Made by a program: the position numbers and the translations under genes. This document shows positions 39,659-48,653 of a DNA stretch of 64,000 nucleotides, piece after piece; within the stretch, counting starts at the first letter, position 1; each line of letters begins with the position of its first letter. Under the pieces are notes generated by a model. That model had not been told where the DNA came from. It did not search any database and saw only the letters and a list, made by a program, of their open reading frames with translations. The DNA comes from Dehalococcoidia bacterium (GTDB taxonomy: Bacteria > Chloroflexota > Dehalococcoidia > UBA2979). The DNA lies in contig CAXXDN010000001.1 of the NCBI GenBank assembly GCA_963667465.2, forward strand, positions 832,001 to 896,000, given 5' to 3'.

Positions 39659-40521
39659 TTGCCCCGTTACAAGAAGCAGCGAGCTGCGCACGAGTTCTTC
39701 CTGGCGAAGCTAGAGGCCAACGAGGCGTTCACGGTCCAAGACCTAGTCGCTGCTACTGGCTGGGCCGACGGGAGCGTCAGTACTATCTGAGTAAGCAGTA
39801 CCACGAACTCATCGAACGCCGGCCGGGCCAGACGCTCCGCGTGAGACCGCGGTTCCGGCGGATCAGCTGGGAACGATTCCGCCGACTCTCAACTCAAAGG
39901 CGCCAGATCTTTCAGGAGTACCGCCGCCGGAGCTACGACGCAGTCGTCCAGTACGAGTTCTTGCTCCCGCTCACGCGGGAGGACCAGCTTCGAGAATCGC
40001 TCGACTCGCTGTTCTTCGTGGACGCGATTCGTCAGCGGCTCGATGAGATCGACATCGACGAGTTGACGAGCTGGGTCGGTCAGAAGCCGGAGGAGAGCGT
40101 GAGAGATTACCTCCAGAGGCTGACGGACTTGGTTGGAAGGACCTTCGGCGGCTACTCGGTAAGCCACGTCGATGGCCGATTTCGTGACGGAGACCTTCTC
40201 ACGCGCGAGGATGCTGCCCGGCTCGTCGCGGCGCGCGATGCCTACATTGTCGACGAGACGACTGCGAGCGTTCGGTTCATCGTACCCATTGCCTCGACCG
40301 AACAGCAGCACGAGGGCACATTCGCTGACTCTGGGGTCGATGTCCCGCACGTTGAGATGGTGGGGGGCGCAGCCGAGGAAGTAAGGCTGACTCGGCAACT
40401 CTTCTTCGGGCTCTTTGTGGAAGCGATAGTGTCATCAATCCAAGGTGAGGCGGAAATCTGGCTCATCGAGCGAGGGCCGCACGGGGAGAGACTGTTCGTA
40501 TGGGAGAGGCTTACTCCTTAG
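39659..40521 (+). pseudogene. Hypothetical protein with HTH-like N-terminus, frameshifted near 39782
   Basis: GGAG-TTG start reads MPRYKK..FTVQDLVAATGWADGSVST and continues as YLSKQYHELIERR.. in the 39841..40521 frame after a one-base shift. Confidence 0.6.
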
Positions 40522-40645
40522 TCCAGCTCCTCCTCCCCGAAGGCCGCCTGGTGCAGCCACTACAACGCCCGCACGCCGCGCGATCGACGCGCGCGGCAAC
40601 GGCCGTGGCCCGATCGACGAGCTCGCGATCAGCTACTAGCCGCCG

Positions 40646-41029
40646 TCAAAGCGCGAAGTAGAGCCTGAGCCACATCTCCAGGTCTTCAAGTTCCACAGCC
40701 TTCCCGCTTGCGAGCAGGAATGACCGCATGTTTGTGGTGAACCCCGGTCCGGTGAAGCACACGATGCCCTCAATTGGCCACGCGCTGATGTCCTCGATCG
40801 TGGCAGGGATCTTCTCCTCGGCCGTGCCCCGTGTTCCCTGCCACTTGCACTCGATGCCGAGCGAGCGCCTCAGCTCAGGCTCGGTGAGTACTACGTCGAT
40901 GTGGCGCTCGGCGCCCCAGATCCGGCGTCCGACCTTCACCTGTCTCCTGGCTTGCAGGCCAAGCGCTCGGCCGATGGCTGCGACGGCGGCCTCGAGGCTC
41001 TTTCCGCTTCGAGCGTCGGGTACGGCCAT
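40646..41029 (-). CDS. Small PD-(D/E)xK nuclease (restriction endonuclease-like)
   Basis: GKSLE, IDVVL, GIECKWQ..GTAEEK motifs; RBS GGGGGAAG. Confidence 0.8.
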   Translation of the reverse strand: MAVPDARSGKSLEAAVAAIGRALGLQARRQVKVGRRIWGAERHIDVVLTEPELRRSLGIECKWQGTRGTAEEKIPATIEDISAWPIEGIVCFTGPGFTTNMRSFLLASGKAVELEDLEMWLRLYFAL

Positions 41030-41039
41030 CGCTTCCCCC

Positions 41040-41162
41040 TCAGGCGTGCCGGATGCCGGTGTGCGCGGCGATCTCCGAGTCGAGCGTTGCGAGGTGCTCC
41101 GTCGTCAGCTCGTGGATGTCGGCGATGCCGACCGCGCGGACCCCTCCCGGTTGCGGGCGCAT
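41040..41162 (-). pseudogene. Possible fragment of an FMN-binding glutamate-synthase-like C-terminus
   Basis: RAVGIADIHELTTEHLATLDSEIAAHTGIRHA resembles such C-termini from memory; 40 aa only. Confidence 0.25.
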
Positions 41163-41249
41163 CGTAGCAATCGAGGACGTGAACGCGGCTCTCCTTACTC
41201 GCGCGGGGCGCTAGAATCGCCGTACTCCCCGCAGCTCCGAGGTGACCTC

Positions 41250-41774
41250 ATGGCGTGGTACGACCTGCTCGACTGCGAACTCGGGACGCTCTTCGTGGGC
41301 GGATCCGAGTCGGGCCTGCACCGCGTCAACTTCCTGCGCGGCGAGCGCGCGCTCGACGACGAGCTGCTGGCCCTCGAGGCCGAGACCGGCGAGGAGGCCG
41401 CGCGGGACGGCGAGGCGGCTCGTCCGGCCCTCGAGGCCCTCGCTGCCTACTTCGGCGGCCAGCCCGGCGCGTTCGACGACCCCGGCGCGCTGCCGCTCGC
41501 ACCGCACGGCACACCGTTCCAGCAGAGCGTCTGGGAGCAGCTGCGCGCCATCCCGGCAGGCGCCACGCGCTCCTACGGCGAGATCGCGGCTGCGGTTGGC
41601 AAGCCGGGCGCGGCGCGCGCCGTCGGAGGGGCCGTCGGCAGCAACCCGATCTCTTTGATCGTGCCCTGCCACCGCGTTGTCGCCTCGGACGGTTCGATCG
41701 GCGGCTTTGCCTCCGGGCTGGACCGCAAGCGCTGGCTCCTCGCGCACGAGGGCGTCGAGGGCTACGCCGCGTAG
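41250..41774 (+). CDS. ogt: Methylated-DNA-protein-cysteine S-methyltransferase
   Basis: GTPFQQSVW..LRAIPAG.T.SYG, AARAVGGAVGSNP, VPCHRV active site. Confidence 0.95.
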   Translation: MAWYDLLDCELGTLFVGGSESGLHRVNFLRGERALDDELLALEAETGEEAARDGEAARPALEALAAYFGGQPGAFDDPGALPLAPHGTPFQQSVWEQLRAIPAGATRSYGEIAAAVGKPGAARAVGGAVGSNPISLIVPCHRVVASDGSIGGFASGLDRKRWLLAHEGVEGYAA

Positions 41775-41807
41775 GCGCCCTCGCGGGCCGCGTCGGCGCG
41801 AGCCGCC

Positions 41808-42539
41808 TCACGCGATCCCGAGGTGCTCCAGGATCTCCGGTAGCTGCTCGATCTCGATGTCCGGGCGCACGTCGTGGGTCGGCACCAGCGGGTTCGTACG
41901 CTGGGCGGTGTGCAGCCCGGCGCGCTGCGCGCCGAAGATGTCGTCCCACGGCCGGTCTCCGACAAAGAGCGCCCTCGCTGGGTCGCGCATGCCGATTGCG
42001 GCGAGGGCGGCCTTGAAGACGCTCGGGTGCGGCTTCATGTAGTCCAGCTCGCAGGTGTAGAGCCGCGCGTCCAGCAGCCCGTCCAGCCCGTCGCGGCGCA
42101 GGAAGCGCTCGTGGAAGCGCCGCGGCCAGTGCGTGTTGGAGAGCATCGCCGTGCGCAGCCCGTGAGCGCGCAGCGTCTCCAGCGTCGGCGCGGCCTCGGT
42201 GTCGTGCTCGATGTGCGGCGTCCAGGCGTTCAAATACGCCTCGGCGGCGGCTTCGAGCGCTGAGGAGGGCGCGCTCGCGCCGAGCCGCCCGTGCGCCTCC
42301 ACGACGATGCCGGCGAGCGCGCCGGCGTGTGGGTGCGGATGCTCGGTGCGCTGCCAGAACTCGCTCTCGACCGTGCCCAGCAGCTGAGTGATCGTTTCCG
42401 CGTCCTGCTCGGCGTGCGGCGCGAGCACCTCGGCGGCGGGCCCCCACAGCGACTTCGTACTCACCGCGGTCGCCCACGTGGAGAGCGTGCCGCCCCAGTC
42501 GAAGATCACCGCCTCGATGCCGGCGTCGCGCAGGGTCAC
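41808..42539 (-). CDS. HAD superfamily hydrolase
   Basis: VIFDWGGTL, LSNT, KPHP, FVGDRPWDDIFGA; GTG after GAGGAG. Confidence 0.92.
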   Translation of the reverse strand: MTLRDAGIEAVIFDWGGTLSTWATAVSTKSLWGPAAEVLAPHAEQDAETITQLLGTVESEFWQRTEHPHPHAGALAGIVVEAHGRLGASAPSSALEAAAEAYLNAWTPHIEHDTEAAPTLETLRAHGLRTAMLSNTHWPRRFHERFLRRDGLDGLLDARLYTCELDYMKPHPSVFKAALAAIGMRDPARALFVGDRPWDDIFGAQRAGLHTAQRTNPLVPTHDVRPDIEIEQLPEILEHLGIA

Positions 42540-42744
42540 TCGTCGCTCCTCGTCGCTGTCGGGCGCCCGCGCAGCATCGCACTGCGCGCGCCGTCGCTGT
42601 ACCCGGGGCGCGGATCGCCGCGCGCCTGGGCCCCGGTATGGCGCGAAGCGGCCATCCGCTGGCGCTCGCCCCTCTCCCGCGAGCAGGGCCACGCTGCGGG
42701 CGGATGACGGAGGCGCATTCCGGCGCGCCAGTCGTAGCGGAATC

Positions 42745-43004
42745 GGTCCTTGCGCCGGACGCACATCGGGCCTCCTCAGGAGGCCCGAATGGTTCTGTCT
42801 GCCCGGGATGCGCCGGGTTGGTCCCTGTGCCAGCTCTAGCCGGGGACGGGTACTGGGGCCGTCCCCGTGGTGTGGGACCTCCCGGCCTAGTGCGAAGCTG
42901 CTCTGCCCAAGGGTCTGCTCCTTACGGCTTACGCGCGCTCGGCGCTTCTGAGGAGAGTTCCGACCCAATCGGTCATCGGGTCTCCCTTCCTCGGTCCCGT
43001 CTCA
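42745..43004 (-). ncRNA. Candidate structured non-coding RNA or leader (family unassigned)
   Basis: Promoter directly upstream; several nested stems; perfect 10-bp hairpin at 42766-42788; composition differs from flanking CDSs; no credible long ORF. Confidence 0.55.
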
Positions 43005-43010
43005 AGAGTC

Positions 43011-43039
43011 ATCATGCAACTCCGCGTCCCCCCTTGCAA
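43011..43039 (-). promoter_or_regulatory. Sigma70-type promoter TTGCAA-N17-CATGAT
   Basis: Exact 17-nt spacer; points into the structured region. Confidence 0.55.
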
Positions 43040-43059
43040 CATTGTGAATGTGCGCGCAT

Positions 43060-44253
43060 TCACAAGGCTTCCGTGGGCCGGCGGAGGATGGAGCGCGTCT
43101 CGCGCAGCGCCTTGAGGACGTCGCGACGCTGCTGCACGAGCAGCACGGACGCGAGCACGAGATAGACGATCGCGATCACGATCCGCACCTCGGAGATCGG
43201 GATCACGAACTGGACCGCGAACAGGCCGATCAGCGCGCCCGCCTCCCAGCGGCTGAGGCTGAGACTGACGAGGATGGCGACGGCGAACAGCGACTGCGCA
43301 GCCGTGAGGAGGACTTCCTCGCTCTGGCGCCCGTCGAGCGGCAGCCCGCCCAGCGTGTCGCCCGAGATCGAGTACGCGACCGGCAGCCCGCCGAGCAGCA
43401 GCGTCCACTGGTTCACCTTCGAGGAAAGCAGCGCCGCCATGCCCATCACGGCGCGGCCCCGGAAGGCGAGGATGCCGGCCACCAGGAACTCGGGCGCCTC
43501 GGAGGCGAACGGTGCGAGCCACTGCACGAGCAGGAACTCGTCGATGCCGAGCTGCGTGCCGGTGTGGATCAGGCCCTCGGCGAAGGGCTCCGCCGCCGAG
43601 AGGATGACGGCCGCCGCGAAGACGAAGATGCAGGCGTTGAGCACGCGCCGCTGCCGTTTCGCGAGGTGGCCGATCCAGTACGCAGGGCCGACAAGATCGT
43701 GCTCCTCGCCCTCGTTGCGGGCGACTCCGTACACGTAGACGGCGAAGATCGCGAACATCACGACGGTGTCCACGAGGCTGATCGAGCCCTTGAAGGGCAG
43801 GATGAACGAGTAGAGCGTGGCCGCGCCGAGCGCGATCACGTCGAGGGAGTTCGCGGAGTTCAGCCGCAGTACCCGCCCTCGGGTGCGTAACCAGAAGATG
43901 AGGAACACCGCCGACCAGCCGACGCCAATCAGCAGCCGGTTCGCCCCGGTCATGTTCGCGACCGCAAAAGGCGCGAACTCGGGATCCTGACCCGCCTTCC
44001 AGGCGAAGGCGAGGTCGACGGCGTACTCGGGCAGCACGGCGATCAGGGCGATGAACGCGACGGCAAGGCCTTGCGAGATATCGACCTCGGCGGCCTCGGC
44101 GCCCCAGCTCAGGAGGAAGGCTGCGGCCACGATGCCGAGGCCGAACAGCAGCGTGTCGCTGACCGTGCCGAGGTGCGTGCCGCTGAGGCGCAGCGCGAGC
44201 GCTGGCAGACAGCACAGCGCCATGATGCCGATCAGCGTGACCGCGCTGCGCAT
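43060..44253 (-). CDS. Sodium:calcium exchanger (CaCA) family antiporter
   Basis: Many TM helices; two alpha repeats IAVLPEYAVD/ANMTGAN and APFASEAPEF/LLSSKVNQW. Confidence 0.88.
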   Translation of the reverse strand: MRSAVTLIGIMALCCLPALALRLSGTHLGTVSDTLLFGLGIVAAAFLLSWGAEAAEVDISQGLAVAFIALIAVLPEYAVDLAFAWKAGQDPEFAPFAVANMTGANRLLIGVGWSAVFLIFWLRTRGRVLRLNSANSLDVIALGAATLYSFILPFKGSISLVDTVVMFAIFAVYVYGVARNEGEEHDLVGPAYWIGHLAKRQRRVLNACIFVFAAAVILSAAEPFAEGLIHTGTQLGIDEFLLVQWLAPFASEAPEFLVAGILAFRGRAVMGMAALLSSKVNQWTLLLGGLPVAYSISGDTLGGLPLDGRQSEEVLLTAAQSLFAVAILVSLSLSRWEAGALIGLFAVQFVIPISEVRIVIAIVYLVLASVLLVQQRRDVLKALRETRSILRRPTEAL

Positions 44254-44356
44254 GGCGCCTCCCGAGGAATCGAGCGTCTCCGGACGCAGCGTGCCGCCCG
44301 ATGGTAACGGGGCGTATCGTTACGGCGGACCGTGCGGAGCGCGAAGGGAGCCCGGG

Positions 44357-44857
44357 ATGCTGCGAAGAGGTGAGGCCGCGCCGGAGTTCACACTGCTCGA
44401 TCTGGACGGCGGCGAGTGGCGGCTTGCCGATCAGCCCGCCGATGTCCTGGTCCTCAGCTGGATCCGCGGCGAGTGGTGAGGCGTCTGCAATCGCTACCTG
44501 CAGGGTCTGCAGGGACGACTCGATGACTTCGCCGGGCAGGGCGCGCGCTGGGTGGTGATCGGCGACGATGCCCCGGAGCGCCTGGCCGAGCTGCCGGAGC
44601 GCCACGGCCTCGAGGGCGTCACCTTCCTCCACGACCCCGGCGGCGAGGTAGGTGCGCGCTACGGCGTGCTGCGTACGCCCGAGCCCGCGAGCGCGCACGG
44701 CGGCCACACGGAGCCGGCCGTGCTGGTGCTGCGCCCGGATCGCACGGTCGCCCAGGCCGCGTACGCGGTTAGCTCGATGGGTCGCATGCCAGTCGACGAC
44801 GCGCTGCGCGTCGCGCGTCGCATTCGCACGGAGGAGCGGGAGAGCGCGGCAGGCTAG
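44357..44857 (+). CDS. AhpC/TSA (peroxiredoxin-like redoxin) selenoprotein with UxxC motif; Sec at TGA 44477-44479
   Basis: APEFTLLDLDG..IRGEW-TGA-GVC reads through in frame into ..FLHDPGGEVGARYGV..PAVLVL; SECIS-like hairpin follows. Confidence 0.85.
44480..44518 (+). promoter_or_regulatory. Bacterial SECIS-like element
   Basis: CCTGCAG-GGT-CTGCAGG hairpin (44497-44513) 17 nt after the UGA with a G-containing loop; CGTC/GACG lower stem. Confidence 0.65.
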
Positions 44858-44946
44858 CCGCGCAGCAAGAGTCACGAAAGATGATTTGACAATGATCTCC
44901 CGCAAATCTCCGAAATCGTGTCTTTTGCGTACTAGTTTGTCTTATC

Positions 44947-46599
44947 ATGTCGCACATGAATCGCAGTCTCCGGCTCAACGAGATCCCCAACGAACTCACA
45001 ACTGACGAGTTCTGGGGGTTGCTCGGCCGGGTTGAGCATGAGGCACTCGACTTCAAGCGCGGGGTCCCTGAGGACATTCTCGACACGATCCCGTGTATGG
45101 CGATGACCGACGGTGGTCTCATCGTCCACGGGGTCGACAAGGAACTCAATATCCTTGGTTGCCCGCTCTCGCAGAACACGTTTGACCGCATCACGCGCTT
45201 CGCTAATGAATGCAACGTCGTGGTCCGGATCCAGGCCATCCGGGTCGGCGCCTACGAGTTGACTGTGACAGAAGTCCCTGAAGTTCGCGGACGCATCGTG
45301 ACCTCACCGGAAGGGAGGCTCCTGAGGCGCGTTGGAGGCGACTGCCAACCTCTGCGTGGGGACATGCTCGCGCGGTTTGTCCGGGAACGTGAGGAGCGAT
45401 CCAGCGAGGAGGAGCCCGTTGCGTGTGGAGTGAGCGACTTCGACCTCTCGCGCGTGAATGAAGCGCTGTCCGCGAGCGGCAGGCCTGCTGTGTGGTGGGG
45501 CGGGATTCCGCGCGCACTCGCCGACTTGGGCGTTGCTCTCCCTGACGACGGACCTGCGGGGCCGAGTGTACTGAGAGCGGCCGTACCGCTGTTCGCCGTG
45601 GATCCCCGCAAATTCGTCCAAGGTGCGGTGGTGCAACTCGTGCGACGGGAAGGCGTGGGCCCGGGCCCGGGACCATCTGTCGATCGCCAGGAGTGCTCTG
45701 GTCCGCTGCTGGATGTCTTGGACTGCTGCCTGGGGTTCATTGGACGCCACACGAGGCAGTACGAGATTGTTACGGGTACGCGGCGCGAGGTGCTGCCCGA
45801 GTATCCGGACACGGTCATCCGCGAGGCAGTACTGAACGCGCTTGCGCACCGGGACTACGGGCTGCTGGGTGCGACAACGGACATCACGGTTTGGGACGAT
45901 CGCATAGAGGTCCACAGCCCGGGCCCTCTACCTGGCCACATCACCGTCGAGAACATGCGTGACGAGCACTACAGCCGCAACCGACGGCTGATGAGCGTCC
46001 TGAAGACGCTTGGCCTTGTCGAGGAGTATGGCGAGGGCGTGGATCGGATGTTCCGCGAAATGGAGGCGCGCCTCATGAGCCCGCCGGACATCCAGGCATC
46101 GTCCAGTTCCGTCACAGTGACCCTTCGGAACCGCTTTCTCGTCAGTGCGGCCGATCAAGCATGGATCGCGTTGCTTGCTGACTACCCGATGACGCCCGAT
46201 GAGCGGTTTGCGCTCGTGGAAGCCCGGAACAGTGGGTCGATCACCCGGCGACGGCTAAGAGAGCGGCTCCCGGAGGCCGACGCCGGGGAAGTGCTCGCTG
46301 GAGCGGTTGCAAAGGGACTGCTAGTGCGTACTGGACGGGGCGGCGGCACCCGCTATGTGTTGTCGGACGAGGTCGTGTTGCGCGCGGGCAGTGAAGGTAT
46401 GGAAGCGCAGCGCCGGCGTCGCCAGACTCTCCTCGACGAGATAGGTCGGCGCGGAAGCCTCTCAACTGCCGAGGGCGCAAGACTACTCGATGAAGACATG
46501 GCTTTCGTACGGCGGCTCCTGAGCGAGCTCGTCCGCGCTGGACTTGTGCGCGCCGAGGGCAATACAAGAGCGCGTCGCTATTACCCCTCTGCAGGCTAG
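44947..46599 (+). CDS. AlbA_2 (Schlafen-like) + HATPase-like + C-terminal HTH protein
   Basis: EHEALDFK..MAMTDGGLIVHGVD; REAVLNALAHRDY, IEVHSPG, SRN, EEYGEGVDRM; GGGTRY and GNTRARRY winged-HTH ends. Confidence 0.85.
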   Translation: MSHMNRSLRLNEIPNELTTDEFWGLLGRVEHEALDFKRGVPEDILDTIPCMAMTDGGLIVHGVDKELNILGCPLSQNTFDRITRFANECNVVVRIQAIRVGAYELTVTEVPEVRGRIVTSPEGRLLRRVGGDCQPLRGDMLARFVREREERSSEEEPVACGVSDFDLSRVNEALSASGRPAVWWGGIPRALADLGVALPDDGPAGPSVLRAAVPLFAVDPRKFVQGAVVQLVRREGVGPGPGPSVDRQECSGPLLDVLDCCLGFIGRHTRQYEIVTGTRREVLPEYPDTVIREAVLNALAHRDYGLLGATTDITVWDDRIEVHSPGPLPGHITVENMRDEHYSRNRRLMSVLKTLGLVEEYGEGVDRMFREMEARLMSPPDIQASSSSVTVTLRNRFLVSAADQAWIALLADYPMTPDERFALVEARNSGSITRRRLRERLPEADAGEVLAGAVAKGLLVRTGRGGGTRYVLSDEVVLRAGSEGMEAQRRRRQTLLDEIGRRGSLSTAEGARLLDEDMAFVRRLLSELVRAGLVRAEGNTRARRYYPSAG

Positions 46600-47702
46600 C
46601 CGCGCAGCGGGGCCCGCTCGAGGGCGGCGCGAGCCTCGTCCATGAGGTCCGCGAGCACCTGCTGGACGCTGCGCTCCCGGGAGATCAGCCCCACGCCCTG
46701 ACCGGCGGCCACCGTCTGGAAGTCGCGGACCTCCCAGTCGTCGATCGCCTGCTGGATCTTCGCGACCAGCATCCCCTGCAGCGGCATCTTCAGCGGGTCC
46801 GGCGCACCCGGCGCGGACCAGGCCTCGGTCCATTTCGAGCGCAGCATCGAGGCGCGCTTGCCCGTCGAGGCGCGGCTCTGCACGGAGTCCTCGGTCTGCG
46901 CGGCGATCAGGCGCTCCTTGACGTGCGGCAGCACGTCGGACTCGTGCGTGCTCTGCCAGATCGTGCCGCACCAGACGCCCGCCGCGCCGAGCGCCAGCGC
47001 CGCCGCGATGTGCTCGCCGCTGGTCACGCCGCCGGCGGCGAGGATCGGCGTGTCGTACTCGCGCGCCATCCTCGTCACCGGCGGGACGAGCGAGAAGGTG
47101 CCGATGCGCCCGCTGTGGCCTCCGGAGTCGCCGCCCTGCGCGATCAGCAGGTCGACGCCCGCCTCCAGCTCGCGGCGCGCCTGGCGTGGCATGCCGATCA
47201 GCCCCCAGACCTTCGTCCCCACCTCGTGCCCGCGTTCGAGCACGACGGCGGGGCTGCCGAGGCCGGAGGCGAAGATCGGCACGCGCTCCTCGAAGATCAC
47301 GTCCAGCTGGCGGCGCACGCGTTGCAGCAGGTCCGCGCCGAGCACGGCCTTTGCCGGGCTCTTCGGGTCCGGGATCTCGTTGTTGCGCTGGAGGCGGTCC
47401 ACGAAGTCGCGATGCTCATCGGGGATCAGCGCCTCGAGGTCCTCGGGGTTGCCCTCCTCGAAGGAGGCGGGGAGCAGCGTGTCGATGCCGAAGGGGCGGT
47501 CGCCGACCTGGTCGCGGATCCAGCGGATCTGCTCGCGTGCGTCTTCTGGCTCGAGCGGGCTGATCCCGAGCACGCCGATCGCGCCGGCGTTGCTGGCGGC
47601 GGCGACGACCTCCTTCGTCAGCGCGAAGGCGACGATCGGGATCTCGCAGCCGTATTCCTCACAGAGCCGGGTGCGCAGCGGGTGGGCGGCGGGGTCCGCC
47701 AT
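46596..47702 (-). CDS. Nitronate monooxygenase family flavoprotein (paralog of 10715..11827)
   Basis: SNAGAIGVLG, FASGLGSP, AQGGDSGGHSGRIGTFS, LAAGG. Confidence 0.9.
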   Translation of the reverse strand: MADPAAHPLRTRLCEEYGCEIPIVAFALTKEVVAAASNAGAIGVLGISPLEPEDAREQIRWIRDQVGDRPFGIDTLLPASFEEGNPEDLEALIPDEHRDFVDRLQRNNEIPDPKSPAKAVLGADLLQRVRRQLDVIFEERVPIFASGLGSPAVVLERGHEVGTKVWGLIGMPRQARRELEAGVDLLIAQGGDSGGHSGRIGTFSLVPPVTRMAREYDTPILAAGGVTSGEHIAAALALGAAGVWCGTIWQSTHESDVLPHVKERLIAAQTEDSVQSRASTGKRASMLRSKWTEAWSAPGAPDPLKMPLQGMLVAKIQQAIDDWEVRDFQTVAAGQGVGLISRERSVQQVLADLMDEARAALERAPLRG

Positions 47703-47724
47703 CGGGCCGGCTCCTCGGGGGCGG

Positions 47725-48501
47725 CTAGCGGCCGACCCAGTGCGGCGTGCGCTTCTCGGCGAAGGCGGTTGGGCCCTCCTTCGAGTCTTCCGAGCTGAAC
47801 ACCTTGTCGGAGATCCACTGGTAGAGCCGGAAGCTGTTGGCCAGGTCGGCCGTGGACCAGTGCTGGATCTGCGCCTTCGTCGCCGCGACGGAGAGCGGCG
47901 CGTTGCTGGCGATCAGCTGCGCCAGCTCGATCGCCCGAGGCAGCAACTCGTCCGGCTCCACCACCTCGGTGACGATGCCCCACTGCAGCGCCTGCTCCGG
48001 ATCCACCCGATCGGCGGTGAGCAGCAGCTGGCTGGCGCCGGAGAGGCCGATCAGGCGTGGCAGCAGGTGCAGCCCCGGGCCGGGGATGATCCCGCGCTTC
48101 GCCTCATAGAGTCCCACGTAGGCCTCGGTCGACATGATGCGGATGTCGCAGCCGAGCGCCGTCTCGAGGCCGCCGCCGACGGCGAGGCCGTTGATCGCGG
48201 CGATGAACGGCTTGGGGTTGGAGCCGTAGGGGTGCGGCATGATCTGGCCGTCGAAGGCCGTCCCGGCCGCACTCTCGCCTCCGGACACCCGCTCCGCCGC
48301 CTCCTTGAGGTCCATGCCCGCGCTGAAGGCGCGCCCCGCGCCTGTCACGATGCCGACGCGCATCTCGTTGTCGGCAGTGAAGTCGTTCAGCGCCTCGGCC
48401 TGCTCGGCGCGCAGGCTGCCGCCGAGGGCATTGAGCCGCTCCGGCCGGTTCATCGTGAATACCGCGTAGTGGTCGAACTTCTCGTACAGCAGGTCCGGCA
48501 T
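47725..48501 (-). CDS. Enoyl-CoA hydratase/isomerase
   Basis: MNRPERLNAL, GRAFSAGMDL, KPFIAAINGLAVGGGLE, GLYEAKRG. Confidence 0.93.
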   Translation of the reverse strand: MPDLLYEKFDHYAVFTMNRPERLNALGGSLRAEQAEALNDFTADNEMRVGIVTGAGRAFSAGMDLKEAAERVSGGESAAGTAFDGQIMPHPYGSNPKPFIAAINGLAVGGGLETALGCDIRIMSTEAYVGLYEAKRGIIPGPGLHLLPRLIGLSGASQLLLTADRVDPEQALQWGIVTEVVEPDELLPRAIELAQLIASNAPLSVAATKAQIQHWSTADLANSFRLYQWISDKVFSSEDSKEGPTAFAEKRTPHWVGR

Positions 48502-48653
48502 CGCGCGCCCCCTTGCGCCGTCGTCGCGTTGCGGCGGGATTGTACCCGCTGCGGCGAGCGTTCGCGGGATCGCCGGCGCGCGCGCCTCGCGGCGGCGGGC
48601 TATCATCGGCGCGCGAGGCGCCCGACAGTACGCCGGGCAGTGCGGAGGAGCCG

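Noticed and set aside
42745-43004. Assignment as RNase P RNA, SRP RNA, glycine riboswitch or Ms1
   Set aside because: Only fragments match (GAGGAAG, ACAGAACC, CC-GTAA-GG-AGCA); full conserved cores are missing or out of order, so it is left unassigned
44051-44857. Two separate ORFs 44051..44479 and 44552..44857
   Set aside because: They are in frame and form one redoxin fold across the TGA
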